From: a bacterium
Lineage (GTDB): Bacteria > UBA8248
Assembly: GCA_965200245.1 (NCBI GenBank)
Contig: CBDATS010000008.1
Location: forward strand, 160,001 to 224,000
Length of the DNA: 64,000 bases
Reading direction: 5' to 3'
The translations under genes were made by a program, and so were the position numbers. Positions 56,001 through 64,000 of this stretch are shown one piece after another (the first letter of the stretch is position 1; each line of letters opens with the position of its first letter). Below the pieces are notes generated by a model, which did not search any database, was not told the DNA's origin, and saw only the letters and a list, made by a program, of their open reading frames with translations.

Positions 56001-56172
56001 CAGGGCTCGCGCCCTCCCATGTCACTTGGATGGTCACCGCGCTGAGCGAGAACTCCGGGAACTCTTCGCTTCTGATCTGGAAGACGGCGATAACGCCGAC
56101 GATGAGCATTATCACCATTAAAAGATTGGCAAAAACGGAATTATGGGCAACCCACTCTATAACTCGCTTCAT
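53017..56172 (-). CDS. RND efflux permease (AcrB family), no intact adaptor adjacent
   Basis: 1051 aa; GASPAEVEEG, LGILVDDAIVVAENI, GVVVNDSLVL, RWRAIILTT, QAQFLIPMA. Confidence 0.93.
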   Translation of the reverse strand: MKRVIEWVAHNSVFANLLMVIMLIVGVIAVFQIRSEEFPEFSLSAVTIQVTWEGASPAEVEEGVCIKIEEAISSVEGVKEITSTAFEHRCNVNMKLHSWVDDSRELMEDISSEIDRINTFPADIEKPVITEVKQRSIVGYLSLYGEVSEWILKRRTTEVKDDLLGMPNISKITMDGLREWEITIEVSEETRRRHGLTFAQLASIIRRNVLELSGGDIRSSEQRIRVRTLGKRYTGREFEQLEILTRPDGTILRLGDIARVTDGFEENDKSGRFNGQPATLIRVFRTGAEDALSIAKTIQEYVKKKQKELPKGLHLSYWGDRSRLIQNRLDLLLRNGRIGLVLVFISLWLFLNIRLSFWVAMGIPVSLLTSLGFLHVSGGSLNMITMFSFIMVLGILVDDAIVVAENIYSHMQRGGNRIQAAIDGCHEVILPVIAAVTTSIVAFIPLTMMEGNLGKFMAMLPLAIIAALIASLIESLFILPAHLAHWVRPAKKDTLGSRIRGAIDRAVNMLIHRIYGPILKFCLDARYLVAAIALAIFMLTIGLSVGGHVRFLFFPKLDSDWLVSGFEFPRGTPVERTKLATEKIEKAILSLNKDLQSRTGEPVIQHVFAMPGRGGSHAGLLFAELLPSEARGINSEEISNQWRDKTGEISDVVTLHFHPINNTPPGGKPIDVQFYGNNINDLKKVSMAFAQELRRYPGVHTIENDFRDGKLELRTSLKPQARVLGVSLDDLAQQLRARFFGLQVLRLQRGRDDVKMKLRYPLDERNSIEDVREIRIRTSSGAEVPLHEVAEVKMTRGLDQIKRMSGSRVVNVTAEVDPKRANPTEIITDLEKDFFSKILSRHEETRYRFGGQAQASADSFASLLRAFAFALAVIFAILAILFRSYFQPLIVMATIPFGVVGAVWGHVIMGHTLSIMSVLGIVALSGVVVNDSLVLLGFANRSIKDGMPVEDALYLAGVSRWRAIILTTVTTAAGLGPMLLEQSFQAQFLIPMAISMCFGLLFATVITLILVPVISLISNDMGRLGWRIWAGKWLTREEVDVHSPQNGPMGA

Positions 56173-56330
56173 CGTGTGTCGTTCAGAAGGAACATCCGTG
56201 CGCTATAGGAAATCGGCTCGGCCCTCAAAATACGATTACACCTCGACTCGCCGATGAGCCAGGATGGAATCTGCGAACGGACAAATGTATTAACAACGCA
56301 GGCAAAACTCGTGTATCCTGCACATCCCAA
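56169..56330 (-). pseudogene. Truncated 5' end of a second prenyltransferase-like paralogue
   Basis: GYTSFACVVNTFVRSQIPSWLIGESRCNRIL aligns with GYSDFASVLDTFIRSQIPPRLIDEPGWNRLL of the 57408 gene; similarity ends after ~35 codons. Confidence 0.75.
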
Positions 56331-56382
56331 CTTCCTTTCTCTCAGAAACCTGCCCTCGGCGCAAGTACCAACCATTTCTGTC

Positions 56383-57408
56383 TCACGCAGCGCGCAGGAA
56401 ACAAACGATGTAGCCTTTTACGCTGGTTTCCCGTTCCCCGATGACGACTTTAATATGATTGACGCCCCAAAAGAGGTGCATCATCTTGCCGTCGGGGCCG
56501 AAGAATCGCTCGCTGCCGATGCAACTGATCAGTGCGGCACCCTTGTCAGCCAGAAACCAGCCGCGGTCCGCCATCGGGGAGAGGAGCCTGCCCCATGCGC
56601 CGTGGTCGGTCGATTTGTTGAAATGGAGTTCCATTCCCATGCGCGGGCTCAGTCCTTCTCGCGTTAAATCGAGAGATAGATAGACACGGTCCGGGAAATT
56701 CTCGATCATCGTCAGAACGTCCTCGACAACCACCATGCGTCCGGGATGCCCCATAGCCTCCAGAAAGGCAGAGATTTTCGCCCGGGGACAAAACATCACC
56801 AATCTCATGGGCGAGGGATTGCGTCCTTGCATGACGGCGCACTAACTCAGGCGGGTATTCGGCGGAAAAACTCGCCAGATCCCTTCGAGAAAGTGCAAAC
56901 GACGAGGATCCGGCGCTCCCCCCGTGGCAAAAGCCAGCGCGGCGTCGACTATACCCGCGTTTAGGTGCTCTACGCGCCCGTCACGGCGAAGGTTGAGAAA
57001 CAGGCTTGGCAGGGGCAGACCGTGTTCTTTCAATGTGGAGGCAACATCGTATTCGAAAATCGCGGAATCGAACAGGCCAGAAAGAAAGGAGTCGGGACGT
57101 GCCAACTCATCAAAATAGTTCGCCAGGGCCGCGGTCGATGCGTCGGTTTCTTCCCGGTTGCCGCGCTCAATCAGCCAGCGCGCCATCGGCGAGTCCGGCA
57201 GAACCGCCAATGAAAAGTCGGCACCAGCTTCCGCGTCGGAAAGGTCACATTCGAAGCCGAATTTCGCGTCCGCCACAGAGGCGGGCAACTCCGACATCCC
57301 TTCAAGAAGACGATTCCACCCCGGCTCATCAATCAGCCGGGGCGGTATCTGCGAACGGATGAACGTGTCGAGCACAGAAGCAAAATCGCTATATCCCGTA
57401 CGTTTCAT
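56383..57408 (-). pseudogene. Putative peptide (ABBA-like) prenyltransferase, split by in-frame TAG
   Basis: ORFs 56842-57408 and 56383-56832 are in frame across TRLS*CAVMQGR; motifs FGFECDL..ADF, FEYD, PSLF, PRMGME, NHIKVV..KGY recall the prenyltransferase-like proteins of NHLP/Nif11 clusters (family call from memory). Confidence 0.6.
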
Positions 57409-57589
57409 CTGGATTTTCCGACACCTCTATCCGGCGCGGAAAAACCGGAAGGGACCTGATATTTTGCTATCATCCACAACTCTAATACTGCCAATAATTA
57501 TCTCTTTGATTAAAATTAGCGGATATCAAGATTTGCGGATTTAAGGAAATAATTACCTAGGATAGGGATACTGTGTGCTCCAAAATGTC

Positions 57590-57738
57590 AAAGGCCTCAG
57601 AAGCCGGGCACACAGGGAACATCTCACCCATGAGCGTGGGTTTGCCAACTCCTGTCTGGCCGCAATCACTTCAAACTCGTGATCCAAGACCCAAAAGGGC
57701 AGGACAAGGCATATGCGAGGGCGAAATTCCTGTTCTGA
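57590..57738 (+). pseudogene. 3' remnant of a third prenyltransferase-like paralogue, directly upstream of the cyclase
   Basis: VCQLLSGRNHFKLVIQDPKGQDKAYARAKFLF* aligns with MHLFWGVNHIKVVIGERETSVKGYIVCFLRAA*. Confidence 0.6.
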
Positions 57739-57753
57739 CGAGGGTCAATAACG

Positions 57754-58710
57754 ATGCACTTCTCTCCTGACACAACGTGTCGTATGCGCGATGCGATCGA
57801 CAGGGGCTTGACGTTTCTCGATTCATGTGTGGGTCACGACGGGCAATGGCCTTCCTATTGCTCTGGACGGGTAGGGGACCAGTATATTCAAAAGCACGAA
57901 GAAGGGAGTCCCTTTTTCGCCATGCTGGGTGTTCTTTCCCTTTCGGAGATTGACGACTCGCGCGCGCGAAATATTGTGGGAAGGACGCGCCGGCACCTCT
58001 CTGAGACAATGCTCTATCTCGGTATCTGGAGATACTGGGATGCGCTGCCCCCCTATGCCGATGACTCTGCCGTAGGCTCACTGGCCCTCGGGCCGCATCC
58101 CCTGTTGCTCGCCGGACGCAATGTCGACCTGTTTCTCCGCCATCGCAACGACAGCGGCTTGTTTCTGACTTGGTTCGAGGGCCAGACACCCGAAAACGAC
58201 GTGGACTCCGTCGTTAATGCCAATGTGGTTGCCTACCTGGGTGACAATGGGGAGACGCGCCCCGCCCATGAGTGGTTGAAGTCGCTGGTGGAAGGCGGCG
58301 GGGACTTGAGCGAGACCATGGTCTACTATAAAGAGGATATGGACCTCTACGGCGCGCTCGTTCGAGCTAGCGAGTACGGCAAACCCGCCTTTGCAGGATT
58401 GCGTTCTAAACTCGGCCACCTGATTGAAAGCGCGTGTAAGGAAGGGGTGACCTACGGGGATCAGTTGCGCACCGCTCAAGCTCTAGTCGCGCTGGCGGAA
58501 CTTGACGCGTTGCCATCGCTGGCGAAACTCGAACAGACGATGGATTTCATTCTTTCGAAACAGAAAGCCGACGGCCGATGGCCGGAATCACCAGGTTCCT
58601 ATGGCCCCCGGCCGCCCGATCCGATTCGAACCCTGGTCTTTTGCTCCCAAGCTTATGATACCGTCCTATGCATTGAGGCGTTGCACAAGGTTTTGGCCAG
58701 AGCCGCCTGA
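57754..58710 (+). CDS. Class II terpene cyclase-like protein (prenyltransferase/squalene cyclase alpha-barrel)
   Basis: AIDRGLTFL..DGQW, WRYW..PPYADDSA (DxDD-like), DVDSVVNANV, QKADGRW QW-type repeat. Confidence 0.7.
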   Translation: MHFSPDTTCRMRDAIDRGLTFLDSCVGHDGQWPSYCSGRVGDQYIQKHEEGSPFFAMLGVLSLSEIDDSRARNIVGRTRRHLSETMLYLGIWRYWDALPPYADDSAVGSLALGPHPLLLAGRNVDLFLRHRNDSGLFLTWFEGQTPENDVDSVVNANVVAYLGDNGETRPAHEWLKSLVEGGGDLSETMVYYKEDMDLYGALVRASEYGKPAFAGLRSKLGHLIESACKEGVTYGDQLRTAQALVALAELDALPSLAKLEQTMDFILSKQKADGRWPESPGSYGPRPPDPIRTLVFCSQAYDTVLCIEALHKVLARAA

Positions 58711-58767
58711 GATATCCCTCATATTCCAATATCTACCCAGCACGCCCCGATACAGTTTCGGCACTGC

Positions 58768-59064
58768 TCACCGGCCCTTGTGGCCTATGGAGATTGATCT
58801 CTTCTTCTGCCTTCGATGTGGTGGTGAAGAATCCCTGCACAGCCCTGCTAACTGTTCATCGGTCAAACGCGGGCTGAGAGGTAACATCAGATGAGTGCGT
58901 TCCATGTTGTCTTCATGAACCTCCAACTTGGATCCATCCGGGAAATTCACCGTAGAACTCTGCCGCGGTGACTGATATCGGCTCATTCAACGGCCAGGCC
59001 CGGACCGCTTCATCGTGTCCGCCTTGCCGAGGATGTCTTCTCCGATCTGCTTTACCGGGCACAT
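58768..59064 (-). pseudogene. NHLP RiPP precursor, multiply frameshifted
   Basis: MCPVKQIGEDILGKAD / DEAVRAWPLNEPISVTAAEF / VNFPDGSKLEVHEDNMERTHLMLPLSPRLTDEQL; colinear with the 39183 leader. Confidence 0.75.
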
Positions 59065-59131
59065 CGTACATCCGCTCTCGAAAGAATAGGCATGGATTAT
59101 ATGGCCCGCAATGCGTTTCCCTGCATTGTTA

Positions 59132-59440
59132 TCACGGCATATCAATGAAGTCCCCGTCCCGGAACTTAACCAGATGTCCAACGCCTCGCTGTTCTGCATG
59201 TTCCGTCGCTATCGCCATATGCGGCTCGCAACGGGTCAATCCGGTGGCAGACACGCCGAGTCCCCCACCGGCCAAATCGCACACCTGCACAGCCTGTAAC
59301 CGGTGCTCAGCACCCGTCTGCCCGGGTCGGGGGTACATCTCCGCACTATGGTGTGAAAAGTCGCAACATGGCTTCCTCGTAGGTTGTTGTGCCCGTCCTT
59401 CATATCCCGAGATGCAATTCCAGTGGTCTGGCCAATTTCA
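59132..59440 (-). pseudogene. SAM-dependent methyltransferase remnant, sterol/tocopherol methyltransferase-like
   Basis: Fragments across frames: TTYEEAMLR / HTIVRRCTPDPGRRVL / GLGVSATGLTRCEPHMAIATEHAEQRGVGHLVKFRDGDFIDMP*. Confidence 0.5.
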
Positions 59441-59598
59441 TGAGACTGGTCAAACCCGTAATAAACGGAAATGGTTTTAGGATATTTATTTCACATGAGG
59501 TAATTTGTGCGACGGTTTTCTGGACACCTTCATGACGAGACGAAGTTGCCCGGAACATTCCAGGGTAACAACAAAGGGCGCAGGGACGACGGCGCTTC

Positions 59599-62541
59599 TC
59601 ACGCCGACTGGCGCTTTAGGAAATCGCGAAACAGGCCATCGGCCTCACTGAGTTCCTCGAACGTGCCTTCCCGGACAACCTTCCCGGCCTGAAGAACATA
59701 TATGCGGCTCGCCTGGCGGATGGTGGAGATACGATGAGCAATGACGACCCGCGTTGCACTGGCTTTCTCTATGCCTTCCATGGTCAATTTCTGGCTCTTC
59801 GCATCAAGCCAACTGGTGGCTTCGTCAAGAAACAATATGCTTGGCTTGCGCACCAGCGCCGCCGCAATGCGGATGCGTTGTTGTTGTCCGCCGGAAAAGG
59901 TCGAGCCGGTTCCACCCATCGGAGTGTGCATTGCCATCGGCATGGCGGAGATTTCCTCGTTAACCGCAGCCTGCCTGGCCGCCTGCCAGGCGTCGTCTAT
60001 GCTAAGGTTTTCATCCACGCCATTGATGTTACTCATCACTGTGCCCGGCAGCAGGCTGTTTTCCTGCATAACCACGCCGATCTGGCGGCGAATAGAATCG
60101 GGATTGAGGCGGGCAAGATCGTGGCCGTCGTAATAGACCGTGCCGGAAGACGGCGTTTCGAGGCCGAGTGCGAGGCGGACGAGAGTGCTTTTCCCCGACC
60201 CGGATTCCCCAACGATGGCGATGAACTCGCCCGATTTCGCGCGGATTGTTACGTCGTCGAGAACGAGTGGGTCAGATTCCGAATAGCGAAAACTCACATG
60301 GTCGAAGAGGATTTCGCCGCTCAATTTCACTTCTACTCCGTCATGCATCCCACCCTCGGGCAGTTCTTCCATGATTTCCCGTGACTGTTCTCCAGAAGGA
60401 ACAAGCGATGCGATCGTCTCGAATGACAGACTGAACATAATGATCGATCCGACGAACATCATTGACGCAGAGTAAACGACCAGGAAGTCTCCGATCGAGA
60501 AATGAGCCCTGTCCTGGGTGAACGCGACGGCGATGACCGCAGCAGTCCACAAGGGAGGAACAGAAAGGGCGAACGCCACCAGGCATTCGTTCACCCGTGA
60601 AATACTGATCTCGGCCAGCTTCTGGTCCCGGTACTGTCGTGCCCACCATGCGTAAGCGGACGGCTCGGCCCCTGTCGCCCTCAATTTGCCTATTCCGTTG
60701 ATTAGCTGGAAAAGATGACTAGCCAGCTTGCGCACGGCACTGAAACGGCGTCGGTGATGTTTGATCTGGAGCAGGCCAAGGGCGGCGGTGAGACCTAGAG
60801 TCACGATGCCAAGGACGAGAATCAGCCATCCCATCGCGGTATTGTAGACAAAAACCAGAGCGAAGGTTGGAAACAGGAACAGCATGGATAGTATTGCGCC
60901 GGACGCTATAGCAGAAAACTGGTCGCGAATAACCTGGAACGTCATGGCCCGCGTCGCCAGTTCGCCGGCGGTGAACTGGCGGAAAAACGCCGGGCGTAGC
61001 CGCAGGAGGCGATCCCATATCGCTGCCACGACGCGAGTAGTAGCCCGGCCTTCGATTCGCATCATCGCTGTACCGCGCAACATGTTCAGGAATCCCGTCG
61101 TCACTGCCATCAGCAACAACAGACCGGTCACATATACCAACGGCCTATGTTCGCCCGCCGGCGCCAATATGTCAGCCAAAAGACCGATGACTGTGGCAGG
61201 AACCAGCAGAATTGCGCCAGCGATTATGCCCGCTAGTATCACCTGAATGAAATCCTGAGTCTGCTTCCAGAATGCGGTACGGAGGAGGTCACGGGGACTG
61301 GCTGGTCGATCGGTAGGCAGGGGACGATGCACCATCACGGCATCGTCATTAAACTCGGCGGCATTCGCCGCAGTTACGCGCCGGGATGCGCCCGACAGAG
61401 GATCGATGCAACGATACCATCCGAGACGCCCGGGAATTAGCGCGACCGGCTGGCCATCGTTGCGTCGAGACGCAATCATCGCGCCACTGTCTCCATACCA
61501 CCATCGATCTTCCTCCTTCAGTCGTATGCATCGAACGCGCAAACCCGATGCAATCAGGACCGCATTGAGGTCGTTTTTCGCTTCAGCGGTTTCAGGGACC
61601 TGAATGGGTATGTCTTCATGGGCACCGACGAGCTGCAAAGCTGCAAGGAGTCCGGATTCATCGTCAAACTCTTGACGACGGAATTGGTCGATAACGGAGA
61701 AAAGACGATGCCGAGAAGCAGACTTGTTCTGTCTGCGCCATGTTGTCCGGTCGCGCTGGAAGTTCGCCTCGTCTGCAAGCAGCAGTAGGCGGTTAAGGGC
61801 CTCGACTGCAAGCGCGAGTCGATGAAACTCCGGCAAATGGAGGGACACCAGGTCGGCAAGCGCTATATCTTGGGAGGACATTGCTTCGATCTCGGCCGAC
61901 TCGGGCAGCGTAGCCCAGATTCCGGGGCTGAGCGGCATCAACCCCGACTGTCCAGAACCTGCCTCTTCCGTGCCTAGATAGGACGCCCGGACATCAAGGC
62001 CATGAAACCAGATAACTCCCCGTTCCGAAGAGATGATACCCGATGCGGTTAGCGTCAATCCGGCTTCAAGCAAGCTGTCGGCACGTGGCCTCGGGTCGAT
62101 ATCGCGAATGATCGCTTCGGCGAATTCGCGAACCCAGGTATCGACCTGTTCAGTCAAGGCGGCACGTGCCATCTGATCGGGCAGGCAGTCCAGCAATTCC
62201 GCGAGCGGCACCGGGCGCAGAATCGCACCGGGAAGTCCCTTGGCAATCAGACTAAACCCGGAACTATCATCACTGTTCTGGCCAAACAGGATGCGACCGC
62301 GTCGTGCGCGAACCATGTGCTTGAAAGCTGATGTGGTGTTATCGTCATGACACTCAACCACGAAAACATCGACCGTGCCACGTTCCACAACCCAGGCCAT
62401 GTTCGAGTCGTCAAGCCGCATTGGCCGGTTGCCGGCGCAGGGAACAGGTTTTCCGAGGGAGCACAAAATCTCTGCGAATCCAGCGCCATCGCCGGGTTGT
62501 TCCGATGTGGTATTGCGATTAGGCTGATCGGATGAGTTCAT
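59599..62541 (-). CDS. NHLP bacteriocin-system ABC transporter permease/ATPase (non-peptidase subunit)
   Basis: N-terminal WVVERGTVDVF domain, WWYGDSGAM..PVALIP, AAIWDRLLRL..FF, GESGSGKST, FSGGQQQR. Confidence 0.88.
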   Translation of the reverse strand: MNSSDQPNRNTTSEQPGDGAGFAEILCSLGKPVPCAGNRPMRLDDSNMAWVVERGTVDVFVVECHDDNTTSAFKHMVRARRGRILFGQNSDDSSGFSLIAKGLPGAILRPVPLAELLDCLPDQMARAALTEQVDTWVREFAEAIIRDIDPRPRADSLLEAGLTLTASGIISSERGVIWFHGLDVRASYLGTEEAGSGQSGLMPLSPGIWATLPESAEIEAMSSQDIALADLVSLHLPEFHRLALAVEALNRLLLLADEANFQRDRTTWRRQNKSASRHRLFSVIDQFRRQEFDDESGLLAALQLVGAHEDIPIQVPETAEAKNDLNAVLIASGLRVRCIRLKEEDRWWYGDSGAMIASRRNDGQPVALIPGRLGWYRCIDPLSGASRRVTAANAAEFNDDAVMVHRPLPTDRPASPRDLLRTAFWKQTQDFIQVILAGIIAGAILLVPATVIGLLADILAPAGEHRPLVYVTGLLLLMAVTTGFLNMLRGTAMMRIEGRATTRVVAAIWDRLLRLRPAFFRQFTAGELATRAMTFQVIRDQFSAIASGAILSMLFLFPTFALVFVYNTAMGWLILVLGIVTLGLTAALGLLQIKHHRRRFSAVRKLASHLFQLINGIGKLRATGAEPSAYAWWARQYRDQKLAEISISRVNECLVAFALSVPPLWTAAVIAVAFTQDRAHFSIGDFLVVYSASMMFVGSIIMFSLSFETIASLVPSGEQSREIMEELPEGGMHDGVEVKLSGEILFDHVSFRYSESDPLVLDDVTIRAKSGEFIAIVGESGSGKSTLVRLALGLETPSSGTVYYDGHDLARLNPDSIRRQIGVVMQENSLLPGTVMSNINGVDENLSIDDAWQAARQAAVNEEISAMPMAMHTPMGGTGSTFSGGQQQRIRIAAALVRKPSILFLDEATSWLDAKSQKLTMEGIEKASATRVVIAHRISTIRQASRIYVLQAGKVVREGTFEELSEADGLFRDFLKRQSA

Positions 62542-64000
62542 GGTAAAGACCCATTCCTATTGCCATTAACTCCTCATGCGTGCCGCGCTGAACCTCCTTG
62601 CCGTGCTCAAGTACCACGATCAGGTCACTGTCTCGGATAGTGCTCAACCTGTGCGCGACGATTAGACAGGTGCAGCCACGTCGGCGTATCGCATCGTCAA
62701 TCTGCAACTCACTCACGGCGTCGAGTGCGCTGGTGGCCTCATCGAGAATCAGGACAGATGGGTTGCTTGTCAACGCCCGAGCGATCTCCAGACGTTGCCG
62801 TTGCCCCCCGCTGAAATTGCGCCCGCCCTCTTCGACTGCCGAGGCATAGCCCAGTGGGCGGGAGGTGATTTCTTCATGAATAGCTGCGTCACACGCCGCC
62901 GCCACGAGCGTGTGATCGGGTATCGTCGGGTTCCACAGGGCCAGGTTGTCATTCACGGTGCCAGCAAAAAGAACGATATTCTGGTCCACCATCGAGACGG
63001 AACTGGTAAGTATCTCACGAGGTATCTCGCTCCGAAGGTGGCCGTCAAACCGGACTTCACCGGACCAAGGCTGGTAAATACCAGCAACCAGAAGAGATAG
63101 TGTCGATTTGCCGGAGCCGCTCGGCCCTACGATTGCTACGCGCTGTCCCGGCTCAATTGTGAGATTGAAATTCTCGATCAATGGAGGACGATTTGGTTGA
63201 AAACCGAAGGTGACATTGTTGAGTTCCACGCGGCCAACGAGTTGCATCCGCCGGTTCAGCGTGACAACCCTTTCCGACTCGGTCCCTTCATCTCCGGCGA
63301 GTTCTTCGTCCAACTCGGCATCCAGTACATCATCCAGCCTGCGTAGATTGGCAGACATGGTTTGCAGTATGTTGGCGAACTGGACGAACCTTCCCACCGG
63401 TTGCAGGAAATTCATCGTCAGGACGTAAAAGGCGGTAAGTACACCAAGCGTCATTTCACCCGACATCACCCGCCACCCACCAAAGCCGATGACCAAGGCA
63501 GAACCGAGTACAAGAACCGTTGGCAGCAGCGATTGGACGACATGGCCGAGTTCCATGAATTTTTGTCTCGCGTTGATTTCACGTGCTTGATAGCCGCTGA
63601 AACGCGAGAAGAAACTGTTTTCCGAAGCGGTTGCCCTCAGCGTGTCCATGATGCTCAACCCGGCCATGCCGTGGCCCATCATCCTGCCCTGCTCATGGAG
63701 CAATGCATGGTTATGGTCGGTTTGCAGTTTCGTGACATAATGCATTACAAAGAGGCAAAGCAGGCCGAGCCCACCGACCGCAGCGCCCAGCAACGGTTCG
63801 AGATAGAGCATCAGAACCAGGAAGGCCAAGCTCATGATCAGTTGAATGACGATTCCTATCAACTGGACGGATCCGATCGATGCGATCAGGTCGATCATCT
63901 GCATGCGTGAGGTCAAATCGCCTGCGAAGCGGCGGCTGAAAAACTTCATTGGCAAACGCATTAATCGGTTCAGGTAGCGGTCCGATTGCTGGATGGACAG
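62519..64000 (-). CDS. NHLP bacteriocin-system ABC transporter, probable peptidase-containing subunit; 3' part (5' end outside the window)
   Basis: RLPMKFFSRRFAGDL, GPSGSGKST, GGRNFSGGQRQRLEIARAL, IRRRGCTCLIVAHRLSTIRD; overlaps the partner subunit. Confidence 0.88.
   Translation of the reverse strand: MSIQQSDRYLNRLMRLPMKFFSRRFAGDLTSRMQMIDLIASIGSVQLIGIVIQLIMSLAFLVLMLYLEPLLGAAVGGLGLLCLFVMHYVTKLQTDHNHALLHEQGRMMGHGMAGLSIMDTLRATASENSFFSRFSGYQAREINARQKFMELGHVVQSLLPTVLVLGSALVIGFGGWRVMSGEMTLGVLTAFYVLTMNFLQPVGRFVQFANILQTMSANLRRLDDVLDAELDEELAGDEGTESERVVTLNRRMQLVGRVELNNVTFGFQPNRPPLIENFNLTIEPGQRVAIVGPSGSGKSTLSLLVAGIYQPWSGEVRFDGHLRSEIPREILTSSVSMVDQNIVLFAGTVNDNLALWNPTIPDHTLVAAACDAAIHEEITSRPLGYASAVEEGGRNFSGGQRQRLEIARALTSNPSVLILDEATSALDAVSELQIDDAIRRRGCTCLIVAHRLSTIRDSDLIVVLEHGKEVQRGTHEELMAIGMGLYHELIRSA

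Overview
GC-rich bacterial chromosomal window, mostly housekeeping and metabolic genes: thrC, a metB-like gene, kdsB-pyrG-kdsA, ino1, nth, a NitT/TauT ABC transporter, tatA, moeA-moeA-moaA, an RND pump, rph-rdgB and four tRNAs. Many pseudogenes and IS remnants are interspersed, which suggests ongoing genome erosion (possibly a host-associated lineage; inference only). Four things stand out. (1) An island after tRNA-Arg(UCG) carries a decaying nitrile-hydratase-leader (NHLP/proteusin) RiPP cluster: NHLP export ABC transporters, a frameshifted precursor, traces of three putative peptide prenyltransferase paralogues, a class II terpene-cyclase-like gene, a sterol-methyltransferase-like remnant and an RND exporter. 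This is a probable peptide-terpenoid pathway. (2) A second, orphan NHLP precursor ~20 kb away hides a Tyr-rich core (GG|LYDNPYYGS) behind a frameshift. (3) An AhpD-like gene split by an in-frame UGA in a CxxU motif, with a SECIS-like hairpin, is a probable selenoprotein. (4) A long structured RNA with a terminator and possible antiterminator lies directly upstream of the molybdopterin operon. All family assignments come from reading motifs by eye; no database searches were run.
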